Counted from the stretch's first letter, positions 26,444-39,735 are shown. The stretch: 64,000 nucleotides of DNA from Scyliorhinus canicula (GCF_902713615.1 NC_052168.1:18054323-18118322), one strand, 5' to 3'. The notes: generated by a model from the letters alone, not told the origin. Program-made: numbers and translations.

Positions 26444-27399
26444 ACTTTTACTCACAGCTCTAGCAGACATACTGTTAGTAAGCATTTTACCTCAGGTTTT
26501 AATATTACTGCAAAAATACAAAGTATGACAATTTCTTATATTCTTCGCACCTACCAAACATTGTATCATCAGCAAATTTGGCTACAATATACTTGGTCCC
26601 TACATCCAAGTCATTCACATAAATCGTTAATAGTTAAGGCCCCAGCACAGAACCCTGTGACACCCCAATAGTTATGGTTTGCAAACCAGAAAATGACCCC
26701 TTTATCTCAACTCTGTTTCCTCTTAACCAATCCTCTATCCATGCCACACCACATGGACTGTAGCGGTTCAAGAAGGTGACTCATCAGCCGCTCAAGAGCA
26801 ATTAGGGATGGGCAATAAATGCTGGTGCAGCCAGCAGCGCCCAAATTGCAGGGATGAATAAATTAAAAAGAACACACTACGCCGGACTTGGGATGAAGGT
26901 GACAGAAATGCCTGTTTGTCCCCCTGACTAGGGAATCTCCAATAACAACAGAGTTTCCACTCGTTGCTCTTCCCCTCGTGTACAGTCCCTTGCCCATTGG
27001 TGTCATCACTCGCAGCAGTCTTCAAAGCGGTGTACCAGTTTGACAGCAGCAACCCCCACCCCACTCCACAAGGCTCCTGAACTTCTATTCTTCCCAGATC
27101 GACACCCAATGTACAATCCTGAATACCCCACGGCACAGGAATCATAATCAACAATTGAGGACTTAGTTTCCCGGCTCAAGTTTAAACCACTTCCCTGGTT
27201 CAAGAAAGAAAATAAAACCCTGAAAACTCGTCAGCTAATCACCTTCTGTGCTGTGACTTCAATATTTGCCTTTTTTTGGGAAGTACACCAATCAACTCTG
27301 TCTTTTTGCTCTGACTCTCTCGCTCCCTCCCTCCCTCTCCCATTCATTCTCCACAACTGCCAGTGTCTCCTATCAAGTCACCCCTCAATTATCTACTGT

Positions 27400-28247
27400 C
27401 CTGGGCTATTTTGGAACAGGATCAAAGCAAAGTGGGAGGAAGAGTTGGGAGAGGGTATGGAGGAGGGGTTCTGGTGTGAGGTGCTCCGGAGAGTGAATGC
27501 CTCCCCGTCGTGCATGAGGTTGGGGCCGATAAAGCTGAAGGTGGTATCCAGAGTACACCTCAAGGGCGAGGATAGGCCGGCTCTTTGAGGGGGTAGAAGA
27601 TATGTGTGAATATTGCCGGGAGAGGGGGGCCCGCAAACCACGTTCATATGTTTTGGTCCTGTCCAAAGCTGGAGGATTACTGGAAGGAGGTCTTTAGGGT
27701 AATCTCTAAAGTGGTGCACGTGAAACTTGACCCGGGCCCTCGGGAGGCCATATTCGGTGTGGCAGATCAGCCGGGGTTGGAAGCGGCTTCGGAGGAAGAT
27801 GGTGTAGCTTTCACCTCGTTGATTGCTCAAAGACGGATCCTGTTCGGGTGGAGATCAGCCTCTCCACCCTGTGCCCTGGCATGGCAGGGGGACCTGCTGG
27901 AATTCTTAACGCTTGAGAAGGTGAAGTTTGAACCGAGGGGAAGGATGGTGGGGTTCTACAATTCATGGGCGTCATTCATTATGCACTTTCATGAATTGGA
28001 TGACATCGAACATTAGAGTTGGTGGGGGTGGACTGTGTAAGTTGATGGTGAGTATGGGTGATTCGCGATTCCTTTTTTTGTTTGATGTTTGTGTTGACAT
28101 GCGGCTGCTGTTTGGGGGTTGGTGGGAGGATGGGATTGTTGTTGTTGATAAGGGGATTGACATTGTATTCATTACTGCTTATTGTTTATTGGTGAGTGTA
28201 AATTTTGAAGAAAAGGTGAAAAAGGAGAATAAAAATGTTTTTTTTTA
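27400..28247 (+). mobile_element. L1-clade LINE 3' fragment
   Basis: IKAKWEEELG..., Cys/His C-terminal motif ...PANHVHMFWSCPKL, G-rich 3'UTR, AATAAA plus T/A tail. Flanking AATTATCT(A/G)CT duplication. Confidence 0.8.
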
Positions 28248-29296
28248 AATTATCTGCTTTCCTGTGATGACACCCTTCTTTTTTGGAAGCTACGCCTCTG
28301 CCGTTGCAGCCTTGATTTGAATAGTAATATAGTATCCTCACCAACAGTTTCCAGATTAATCCCACTCAGCACTGCGCTAATACCCTATTATCAGCAACAC
28401 CAATTCAGGGCATCATTTAATGGGATTACATTAATACGCTGACCTGACGGAACCCAGTCAAATTCCTTCAATCGATACTTGAAAGGGATTCCTGGGATGG
28501 TACGATTAGGTTGACTGGGTCTGTGTTCACTCGAGTTCAGAAGAACGAGAGGAGGTCTCACTGAAAAGTAAAACGATTCCGACAGTACTGGACAGGCTGT
28601 GTACAGGGACGCTGGTCCTCTGGCTGGGAGGGCCGAGGATAAGGGGACACAGTCTCAGGATACAGGTTAGGCCGTTTAGGACTGAGATGAGGAGAAACCT
28701 CTTCACTCAAGAGGGTGGTGTGAACCTGTGGAGTTCTCTACCACAGAAGGCTGTGGAGGCCAAGTCGCTGAGTATATTTAAGAAGGAAATGGATGGATTT
28801 CTGGACACTAAAGGTGTGGGGAGAAAGCAGGAGTATGGTGTTCAGATAAACAATCAGCCATGATCATACTGAATGGCGGAACAGGCTCGAGGGGCCGAAT
28901 GGCCTACTCCTGATCCCATTCTCTATGTTTCTAAGTGTCATGGAGCTTAACTGCACAGAAAGAGGCCCTTCGATGCTTTATGTCTGCGGCAACCATCAAG
29001 CTCTTTCCAGCACTTGATCCTAGCCAAGTATGCTATGGCATTTTAAGTCCTCGTCTAAATACTTCTTTAATGTTGTGAGGGTTCTGGCCTCTACCACCCT
29101 TTCAGGCAGCGAGTCTTAGATTCCCACCACCCTCTGGGTGAACAGGTTTTTCCTCAAATCATCTCTAAATCTCCTGCCCCTTACCTATATCTAGGCTCCC
29201 TGTTTACTGACCCCTCTACAATGGCCTGTCTATTTGAGGGCCGAGAGTACACTCCCAGCAATGTGATTGCTCGTTATTGATTTTAAGTTCCACCTT

Positions 29297-32200
29297 CATA
29301 GAACATAGAACATAGAACGATACAGCGCAGTACAGGCCCTTCGGCCCTCGATGTTGCACCGACATGGAAAAAAACTAAAGGCCATCTAACCTACACTATG
29401 CCCTTATCATCCATATGCTTATCCAATAAATTTTTTAATGCCCTCAATGTTGGCGAGTTCACTACTGTTGCAGGTAGGGCATTCCACGGCCTCACCACTC
29501 TTTGCGTAAAAAACCCACCTCTGACCTCTGTCCTATATCTATTACCCCTCAATTTAAGGCTATGTCCCCTCGTGCTAGCCACCGCCATCCACGGGAGAAG
29601 GCTCTCGCTGTCCACCCTATCTAACCCTCTGATCATTTTGTATGCCTCTATTAAGTCACCTCTTAACCTTCTTCTCTCTAACGAAAACAACCTCAAGTCC
29701 GTCAGCCTTTCCTCATAAGATTTTCCCTCCATACCAGGCAACATCCTGGTAAATCTCCTCTGCACCCGTTCCAAAGCTTCCACGTCCTTCCTATAATGAG
29801 GCGACCAGAACTGTACGCAATACTCCAAATGCGGCCGTACTAGAGTTTTGTACAACTGCAACATGACCTCATGGCTCCGGAACTCAATCCCTCTACCAAT
29901 AAAGGCCAACACACCATAGGCCTTCTTCACAACCCTATCAACCTGGGTGGCAACTTTCAAGGATCTATGTACATGGACACCGAGATCCCTCTGCTCATCC
30001 ACACTACCAAGAATTTTACCATTAGCCAAATATTCCGCATTCCTGTTATTCTTTCCAAAGTGAATCACCTCACACTTCTCCACATTAAACTCCATTTGCC
30101 ACCTCTCAGCCCAGCTCGGCAGCGTATCTATGTCCCTCTGTAACCTGCAACATCCTTCCGCACTGTCTACAACTCCACCGACTTTAGTGTCGTCTGCAAA
30201 TTTACTCACCCATCCTTCTGCGCCCTCCTCTAGGTCATTTATAAAAATGACAAACAGCAACGGCCCCAGAACAGATCCTTGTGGTACGCCACTCGTAACT
30301 GAACTCCATTCTGAACATTTCCCATCAACTACCACTCTCTGTCTTCTTTCAACTAGCCAATTTCTGATCCACATCTCTAAATCACCCTCAATCCCCAGCC
30401 TCTGTATTTTCTGCAATAGCCGACCGTGGGGAACCTTATCAAACGCTTTACTGAAATCCATATACACCACATCAACTGCTCTACCCTCGTCTACCTGTTC
30501 AGTCACCTTCTCAAAGAACTCGATAAGGTTTGTGAGGCATGACCTACCCTTCACAAAACCATGCTGACTATCCCTAATCATATTATTCCTATCTAGATGA
30601 TTATAAATCGTATCTTTTATAATCCTCTCCAAGACCTTACCCACCACAGACGTTAGGCTCACCGGCCTATAGTTACCGGGGTTATCTCTACTCCCCTTCT
30701 TGAACAAAGGGACCACATTTGCTATCCTCCAGTCCTCTGGCACTATTCCTGTAGCCAATGATGACCTAAAAATCAAAGCCAAAGGCTCAGCAATCTCTTC
30801 CCTGGCTTCCCAGAGAATCCGAGGATAAATCCCATCCGGCCCCGGGGACTTATCTATTTTCACCTTGTCCAGAATTGCCAACACTTCTTCCCTACGCACC
30901 TCAATGCCATCTATTCTAATAGCCTGGGTCTCAGCATTCTCCTCCACAATATTATCTTTTTCTTGAGTGAATACTGACGAAAAGTATTCATTTAGTATCT
31001 CGCTTATCTCCTCAGCCTCCACACACAACTTCCCACCACTGTCCTTGACTGGCCCTACTCTTACCCTAGTCATTCTTTTATTCCTGACATACCTATAGAA
31101 AGCTTTTGGGTTTTCCTTGATCCTACCTGCCAAAGACTTCTCATGTCCCCTCCTTGCTCGTCTCAGCTCTCTCTTTAGATCCTTCCTCGCTTCCTTGTAA
31201 CTATCAAGCGCCCCAACTGAAACTTCATGCCTCATCTTCACATAGGCCTCCTTCTTCCTCTTAACAAGAGATTCCACTTCTTTGGTAAACCACGGTTCCC
31301 TCGCTCGACCCCTTCCTCCCTGCCTGACTGGTACGTACTTATCAAGAACATGCAATAGCTGTTCCTTGAACAAGCTCCACATATCCAGTGTGCCCAACCC
31401 TTTCAGCCTACTTCTCCAACCAACACATCCTAAGTCATGTCTAATGGCATCATAATTGCCCTTCCCCAGCTATAACTCTTGCCCTGCGGGGTATACTTAT
31501 CCCTTTCCATCACTAACGTAAAGGTCACCGAATTGTGGTCACTGTTTCCAAAGTGCTCACCTACCTCCAGATCTAACACCTGGCCTGGTTCATTACCCAA
31601 AACCAAATCCAATGTGGCCTCGCCTCTTGTTGGCCTGTCAACATATTGTGTCAGGAAACCCTCCTGCACACATTGTACAAAGAACGACCCATCTAATGTA
31701 CTCGAACTATATCTTTTCCAGTCAATATTTGGAAAGTTAAAGTCTCCCATAACAACTACCCTGTTACTTTCGCTCTTTTCCAGAATCATCTTCGCCATCC
31801 TTTCCTCTACATCCCTAGAACTATTAGGTGGCCTATAGAAAACTCCCAACAGGGTGACCTCTCCTTTCCTGTTTCTAACCTCAGCCCATACTACCTCAGA
31901 AGAAGAGTCCCCATCTAGCATCCTTTCCGCCACCGTAATACTGTCCTTGACTAGCAGCGCCACACCTCCCCCTCTTTTGCCCCCTTCTCTGAGCTTACTA
32001 AAACACCTAAACCCCGGAACCTGCAACAACCATTCCTGTCCCTGCTCTATCCATGTCTCTGAAATGGCCACAACGTCGAAGTCCCAGGTACCAACCCATG
32101 CTGCCAGTTCCCCTACCTTATTTTGTATACTCCTGGCATTGAAGTAGACACACTTCAAACCACCTACCTGAACACTGGCACCCTCCTGCGAAGTCAAATC

Positions 32201-32590
32201 TGTGCTCCTGACCTCTATACTCTCAATCTCCCGTACCCCAAAACTACAATCCAGGTTCCCATGCCCCTGCTGAATTAGTTTAAACCCCCCCAAAGAGCAC
32301 TAACAAATCTCCCCCCCAGGATATTGGTGCCCCTCAGGTTCAGATGTAGACCATCCTGTCTATAGAGGTCCCACCTTCCCCAGAAAGAGCCCCAGTTATC
32401 CAGAAATCTGAATCCCTCCCGCCTGCACCATCCCTGTAGCCACGTGTTTAATTGCTCTCTCTCCCTATTCCTCATCTCACTATCACGTGGCACGGGCAAC
32501 AACCCAGAGATAACAACTCTGTTTGTTCTCGCTCTGAGCTTCCATCCTAGCTCCCTAAAGGCCTGCCTGACATCCTTGTCCCCTTTCCTT
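29297..32590 (-). mobile_element. Young CR1 LINE: ORF1 C-terminus plus near-intact ORF2 (APE-RT)
   Basis: ORF1 esterase-like end (32275-32502). ORF2 APE (32293-31430) and RT (31397-29391, FADD) are separated by a single 1-nt frameshift at ~31464. (CATAGAA)n tail. Confidence 0.97.
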
Positions 32591-32876
32591 CAGTTGAGGA
32601 GTCTGCTAAGATATCATCCCTCCTCACTGCAGAATAGGCTCCTTGATCAATATGACGACATCCCCTCCTCTTTTACACCCCCCACTATCTCTGAAGATTC
32701 TATACCCTAGAATATTGAGCTGCGAGTCCTGCCCCTCCTTCAATAATGTCTTTGTGGCAGTAATAATATCATAGTCCCATGTGTAAATCAACGCCCTCCG
32801 TCCTCCCATACCCATAAGGCTCCTTGCAATAAAATAAATGCCATCCAGCCTAAGCATAGTCCCTTGTTCCTTAACA

Positions 32877-33700
32877 TGTCGGCTGCAAAGAGACATAGAT
32901 AGGATGCAGAGCTGGGCTGAGAAGTGGCAGATGGAGTTTAAGCCTGAAAAGTGTGAGGTTGTCCATTTTGGAAGGACAAATATGAATGCGGAATACAGGG
33001 TTAACAGTAGGGTTCTTGGCAATGTGGAGGAGCAGAGAGATCTTGGGGTCTATGTTCATAGATCTTTGAAAGTTACCACTCAAGTGGATAGAGCTGTGAA
33101 GAAGGTGTGCTAGCGTTCATTAGCAGAGGGATTGGATTTCAGAGCCGTGAGGTGATGATGCAGCTGTACAAAACCTTGGTAAGGCCACATTTGGAGTACT
33201 GTGTGCAGTTCTGGTCGCCTCATTTTAGGGAGGATGTGGAAGCTTTGGAAAAGGTGCAAAGGAGATTTACCAGGATGTTGCCTGGAATAGAGAGTAGGAA
33301 AGCTCGGCCTTTTCTCATTAGAACGGAGAAGGATGAGGGGCGACTTGATAGAGGTTTATAAGATGATCAGGGGAATAAATAGAGTAGACAGTCAGAGACT
33401 TTTTCCCTGGTGGAACAAACCATTACAAGGTGACATAAATTTAAGGTAAATGGTGGAAGATATAGGCGGGATGTCAGAAGTAGGTTCTTTACCCAGAGAG
33501 TAGTGGGGGCATGGAATGCACTGCCTGTGGAAGTAGTTGAGTCAGAAACATTAGGGACCTTCAAGCGGCTATTGGATAGGTACATGGATTACGGTAGAAT
33601 GATTGGGTGTAGATTAATGTGTTCTTAATCTCGGACAAAAGTTCGATACAACATCGTGGGCCGAAGGGCCTGTTCTGTGCTGCATTTTTCTATGTTCTAT
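32877..33700 (+). mobile_element. CR1 3' fragment inserted in an older - strand CR1 (32590-34210)
   Basis: RLQRDIDRMQSWAEKWQMEF...LYKTLVRPHLEYC. The flanking - strand pieces encode the ORF1 end and the APE start. Confidence 0.9.
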
Positions 33701-35009
33701 GTCCCTCTTAAGTTCTGCCTTCTAGACTGACTTGGTTTCTATTCTATAATTTGCTGTGCATCACCGCCTCCACTCTGTAATTTACCTCGCATCGAATTAG
33801 TTTACCCCCCCCCCCCCCCCCCCCCCCCACAGTGCCAGCAAATCTCTCCACAAGATTATCCGTTCCATTCTGGTCCAGGTGCAACCCATCCGAATTGTAC
33901 AGGTCCCACCTTCCCCAGAAACAGACCCAGTGATCCAGGAAACTGAAGCTCTCCCTCCTACACCATCTTTCACCCACGCATTCATCTGCTTTAACCTCCT
34001 ATTCCGATACTCACTAGCACGTGGCACCGGGAGTAATCCAGAGATTACAACCTTTAAGATCCTGCTTTTCAATCTGCTGCCTGGCTCTTGCTGCAGGGCC
34101 TCATCCCTCTTTCTATCTCTGTCATTGGTACCGATGTGAACCGCGACCTCCGACTGTTCACCCTCCTCCTTCAGAGTGCCCTGCAGCCGTTCACTGACAT
34201 CCTTGACCCTCGTTACGGGGATAGGGCAGGGGAGTGGGCTGAGATGGGATACTCTTTCAGAGGGTTAGTGCGGACTCAATGGGCAGAATGGCCTCCTTGT
34301 GAACTGTAGGCACTCTATGATTCACAACCTACCGATCAGCACTCTCCCTTTTCACCACTACGCCTTCAGCAGGGCAAAACTACTTTTGAAGATGGAAAAG
34401 TTAAAGAGCAAAAGGGCTGTATCTCCCAGTGCTCATACACAAATCTTACTGACCATGTGCTTCTTGCAGTCCCTTTCTTAAATAGAGCTGAGTCACTCCT
34501 GGTTTAGCTTCAACGGTAATCAACACCTATCGAGGCCCTTATTCAGGCTTCAGGTGATTGATAGTTAACTTTTTAACCTTTTAACTAGGCGACTTAACTT
34601 GAAAGCGCTTAAAAGAAAAAGACTTACCAGTTCGATTCCCACTTTGCTCCAAATTCCCAAGTGCACACACTCCCGCTGTGTCACACTCAGGCGATGTCTG
34701 TCCCAGTGCTCATGTGCGAATCTTACTTGGGGAAGTGGAACTAATTAAATCATTCAGCATGGAACCAATGGGCTGAAGGTCTTCCTTCTGTGTTGCATGT
34801 TTCTACAATTCCATTACATCAATCCCATTGGATAGCGATGATATGCCAATTCATTCCTAGTCACTGAACTGATATGTCAAATAAGTCCAATTCTGGTCTG
34901 ACTCCATGTGAGTGACTCCGGAGTCACAGTAATGTGGTTGACTGTGAAGTAGCCTAGCAAGACACGCAGTTCAAGGGCAATTAGAGATGGGCAATAAATG
35001 CTGGCCTAA

Positions 35010-35697
35010 AAATTTCCTCCATAAGGACACAACGATGTACACCCAGATACCAGGACATTCACTAATTGAGAGACTGCTGGATGTGGGCGACCTAGGGAAG
35101 GGAAACTGTGGGGACTATTGGAGAAGGTACGCTCCCCCTGGATAAAACAAGACAAAAATTGGAGGAAGAACTAAAAGTTGGAGGACTCTGGATTGAAGCA
35201 CTGCACATGGCGATCGCCACCTCCACATGCACAGGACTAAGCCTAATGCAACTAAAGGTGGTGCACAGGGAGCAGCTAGCCAGAACCCGAATGAGCAGGT
35301 TCTTTCCGAAGGTGGAGGACAAATGTAAACAATGCCAGGAAGGCCCGGCCGACCACACCTACATGTTCTGGGCCTGCCCAGACTTGTCGGGTACTGGACG
35401 GCTTTCTTTGAGGCAATATCCAGGGTGGTGGGAGTGAGGGTAGAGCCATACCCAAAAGTGACGGTCTTCAGGGTATCAAATCAGTCAGAATTCTTTATGA
35501 GGAGGGGGGGACCTTTGGTTCCCTGATTGCCCGCCAGAGAATCCTGATCGGCTGGCTATCGGCAGCACCACCCAAAGCTGCAGACTGGCTGTCCGACCTG
35601 ATGGAATTTCTCAAGCTGGAGAAATTAAAATTTGTCAACCAGGTGTTGAAGAGGACTTCCACAAGATGTGGAAGCCATTCACCAACTTGTTCCAAGA
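35010..35697 (+). mobile_element. L1-clade LINE 3' fragment
   Basis: LSLMQLKVVHR...CKQCQEGPADHTYMFWACP. Confidence 0.8.
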
Positions 35698-36266
35698 TAT
35701 TATTATTTTAGGGGCTGGTTTAGCTCACTCGGCTAAATCGCTGGCTTTTAAAGCAGACCAAGCAGGCCAGCAGCACGGTTCGATTCCTGTACCAGCCTCC
35801 CCGGACAGGCGCCGGAATGTGGCGACTAGGGGCTTTTCACAGTAACTTAATTGAAGCCTACTCGTGACAATAAGCGATTTTCATTTTAAGATCTGTCCGC
35901 AGCCAGCAACCATTGAGTAAGGGGGAGACACAAAGGGCCCACGGGACAAAGAGGGAAAGGAGAGAGGAAGGGAAGGGGAAGGGAGGAAAATGGTGAGGAG
36001 GGAGCAAAGAAAATGAGAGAGACAAGGGGCAAAGCCAGAGGAGACTGTTCCAATAAATAAACTCACCACTTTTCTTCTTGCAGGACAGAAATGTTAGCAT
36101 TTATAGTATTGCAGAATTCACAATCTACTGAACTCTGACCATAGCAGTAGATTTTTCTGTCAAAAAGCCCCAGTTTCTATGGTCCCTCCTTTCAAAACGG
36201 AAGCAGTAGTTATCGATCGCGAGTGAATAAGAGGCACAGGAAGATGGCTTTGAAATCAGCTGGTGT

Positions 36267-36272
36267 TTTAAT
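36267..36272 (-). promoter_or_regulatory. Candidate CBY1 polyadenylation signal (ATTAAA)
   Basis: ATTAAA on the - strand ~1.3 kb downstream of the stop, at the end of mostly unique 3'UTR-like sequence. Unverified. Confidence 0.3.
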
Positions 36273-37557
36273 TACAAACTCAAAGAGACAGATACATTCA
36301 CATAGAAGCAAAGCTTTAAATCCCACCGTTTAGCTCCTGGGCACACTGCCCTAGAACCACCTTTGCAGGCTCGTAAATCAAGAAATCCCATTGGTTGGCA
36401 TCCATTACAGGTCAAGCTTGTAAAACAGCAGCAAGTGATGGATAACTTGGTCTGCAGTTAAGTATTAGAGAAACTCACTGGAGAAAACGAAGATGTGCAG
36501 AGCTTTGGAGATGGTTTAAGGGAGGAACGTGACTGGGGCGGGAATGGGGTGGGGGGGGGAGCAGGAAAGTGATGTGATGCCACAATTGGATCAGTTACAA
36601 TCCTACTAAATGGCGGAGTAGGCCCGAAGGGCCAAATGGCCTCCTCCTGCTCTTGGTTTGTACGATGCAATTTAGCAAAGGAGCAAAGTGGACACTACCT
36701 CAATACCTGCTGCTGTTCTGTGTTAAGGCCAACATTCAGGCGCAGAGAATTTAGCCTCTGTCTCTTGCATGCAAAGCACAGCAGAGCTGCAGGATGGAAG
36801 GAGAGAGACTGAAAAAGGTTTTAAAAGCTATGACTTAATGAGGATAACGAATAGAAAAAATAAATATAATTTCAGAGCTGAAAGTTGAGACAAGCCTTTT
36901 TTGGGTGTGGGGGAAGAAAAATGTACAAGACCAGATCACTGCACCATCACAGTCAATTATAGCTGAGTTTGGGGAAAAGGTTCATTAAATTGGAGCAACA
37001 GCAATCCTTCTTGCACAGTAACCAGGAGTCTGAATTGGGCAGTTCCTCACAACTCTACACACTCAGTTCTGTATTGAGCACAAAGGCTTCCTATGCCTGA
37101 ATTCTTGTTAATCTGCCCATTTAGAGGTCTTTTCGACGGAGTTGACTTCAGATGTCTTCAGCCGTCGATGAAACCGAATGTTGATTGGGAGTTTGAGCGC
37201 TGAGTGTGTGGGGTGCACTGTGCCTGAAGTTCATCACGTCGTTCAAATCGCTGGACATTACTGGCCACGCACAAGGTAAAGCTCTGTGAAGCTGACCGTA
37301 TCACCGGCGTTCCTGATTTTCCCAGAAAGTCTCTCTTTCCCTCCCCGGGCTGAGGATGTGGAGGCTGCGTGGTGGGGGATGGGACCCACCTCCGAGGTCT
37401 GACTGTAGGTGTGACCTGCGTCTCCAAACAAACCCTTTGCGCACACTTCAACCGATTCCTGGTGTCGTTGAGCTGTTCTCCCTCTGCCGTTCCCCCACCC
37501 ACTTCCCCCAGTGATGCACACTTTTCACTGCATCTTCCAGTCTTAAGGCACGAGCTC

Positions 37558-37638
37558 TCACTTTCTCTTGCGGTTGTGGATTTTCAGCTCCTCTAACTCC
37601 TTCTCCATCAGGTGTGACTCTGCTGTTGTTTCAGACAG
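37558..37638 (-). CDS. CBY1: Chibby homolog 1, last coding exon
   Basis: ttcttgcag|LSETTAESHLMEKELEELKIHNRKRK*; C-terminal RKRK NLS. The spliced total is 126 aa. Confidence 0.97.
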   Translation of the reverse strand: MSETTAESHLMEKELEELKIHNRKRK

Positions 37639-37789
37639 CTGCAAGAAAATGATTCATCACTCGTGATGCTTCCAATTACTCCCGACCTCTCCGTTCCCCA
37701 AACACGCGACTGGCATTGCCCCCACCCCCTCGTTCCCCGACACTGCCCTGCCCCTCACTGCATTTGTATTGACTTTGTATGTCACTCAC

Positions 37790-37905
37790 CATGTCCAACA
37801 GAATGTCGATTTTTAGCCGGAGAAGGTTATTCTCCTCTTCCAGCTGCTGGTTACGTCTCCGCAGGCGCTGAACCTCCTTCTGTGAGCCACCGTCACCAAT
37901 CGACT
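37790..37905 (-). CDS. CBY1: Chibby homolog 1, coding exon 3
   Basis: tgtag|(E)SIGDGGSQKEVQRLRRRNQQLEEENNLLRLKIDILLDM|gtgagt; Chibby coiled coil. Confidence 0.97.
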
Positions 37906-39085
37906 CTACAACACGTGAAATAGTGAGAGATAAGCACACATACTGGGATGAGGGATTAAAGAGAGGAGAAAGAGTTGTGGAGGAGGGAGAAACAGAGGGA
38001 AGGAAGGAGAGAGGTATCGCAGTTCCCCCTATGCAGTTGGGCAGAAGGCCGCCTTTTAGTCCATCGTGCCCAAGAGCTATCTGGTTAGTCCCATTCCCCT
38101 GCTCTTTCACCAATAGTCTCATAGAACATACACTGCAGAAGGAGGCCATTCAGCCCATCAAGATTGCATCGACCCACTTAAGCCCTCACTTTCACCCTAT
38201 CCCCATAACCCAATAACCCCTCCTAACCTTTTTTGGTCACTAAGGGCAATTTAGCATGGCCAATCCACCTAACCTGCACGTCTTTGGACTGTGGGAGGAA
38301 ACCGGAGTACCCGGAGGAAACCCACGCAGACACGGGGAGAACGTGCAGACTCCGCACAGACAATGACCCAGCAGGGAATCGAACCTGGTACCCTGGCGCT
38401 GCAAAGCCACAGTGCTAATCACTTGTGCTACCGTGCTGCCAGTTTGCACATAAATCCCGATATGTCTCTGTTCCTGGGCCCGTTTTAAATATTGCACATT
38501 TAGTCTACATTGCCTAATCTCATTCTTCCTTTAAAATGCATCACTGCACTTCTCTGCATTAATTTTTTTTAATGTATTTATCTTCATTGCCATACAGTGC
38601 GAAGCACATAGGTACAACGTTTAACACAAGAACAACATCAGACAATTTACATACATAGAAATCACACTATGTTTCAAACAAATCTTTGAAATGCCACAAC
38701 ATTTTCAGCATTCACAACAAAATCAGGCAAAGGATTCTAAGGATCACCAATTCGATATGATTTGTTTTTACAAATATCAAGACGCAAACCAAATGTGTGC
38801 AGTTTATACTGATAACCAAGCAAGATGCTATAATTATGAGTAAAGAACTTATCAGACTTAGAGGTAGCAAGGCCACGTATCAATTTATAAACTTTAATAA
38901 AATCAAAAATCTCCAGGGTCCCAGGTTCGATTCCCGGCTGGGTCACTGTCTGTGCGGAGTCTGCATGTCCTCCCCCTGTGTGCGTGGGTTTCCTCCGGGT
39001 GCTCCGGTTTCCTCCCACAGTCCAAAGATGTGCGGGTTAGGTGGATTGGCCATGATAAATTGCCCGTAGTCCTAAAAAAGTAAGG

Positions 39086-39134
<49 letters not shown>

Positions 39135-39365
39135 CGGGGGGGGGGGGGGGGCGGCGGGGGGGGGGGGGGGTTTGTTGGGTTACGGGTATAGGGTGGATAC
39201 GTGGGTTTGAGTAGGGTGATCATTGCTCGGCACAACATCGAGGGCCGAAGGGCCTGTTCTGTGCTGTACTGTTCTATGTTCTATATCTTCTCTTTTCAAA
39301 AGATTGTAATCCAAGAATTCTTAAACACTCCTCATAAGTAGCCATAAGATCTTTTACATTAACCT

Positions 39366-39562
39366 TTTAAAAAAAATAAATTTAGACTACCAATTTTTTT
39401 TTTCCCAATTAAGGGGCAATTTAGCGTGGTCAATCCACCTAACTCGCACATCTTTGGGTTGTGGGGGTGAGGCCCACGCAGACACAGGGAGACCATGCAA
39501 GCTCCATACAGGCAGTGACCCACAGCCGGGATCGAACTCAGGTCCTCGGCGCCATAGGCAGC
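39366..39562 (-). mobile_element. Short A-tailed HE1-related SINE
   Basis: Shortened V-domain and A-rich tail. 15-bp flanking duplication CTTTTACATT(A/C)ACCT. Confidence 0.8.
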
Positions 39563-39579
39563 CTTTTACATTCACCTGA

Positions 39580-39735
39580 CATGGTAAATGGGTCCTGTAT
39601 TAATGTTTCATCAGAAAGACAGCATCTTCGCCAGTGCAGCACTCCCTCAGTACTGCACTGGAGTGTCAGCTCCAGACAGTCTGCTGAAGTCTCTCGAGTG
39701 GGACTTGCACCCACACGAATATGACCAATGAGGAA
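39580..39735 (-). mobile_element. Deu-domain SINE remnant (SacSINE1/AmnSINE-like)
   Basis: CAGTGCAGCACTCCCTCAGTACTGCACTGGAGTGTCAGC. Confidence 0.65.

Noticed and set aside
12100-37500. TOMM22, which follows CBY1 in human
   Set aside because: No recognisable TOMM22 exons seen between CBY1 and the FAM20C-like gene.
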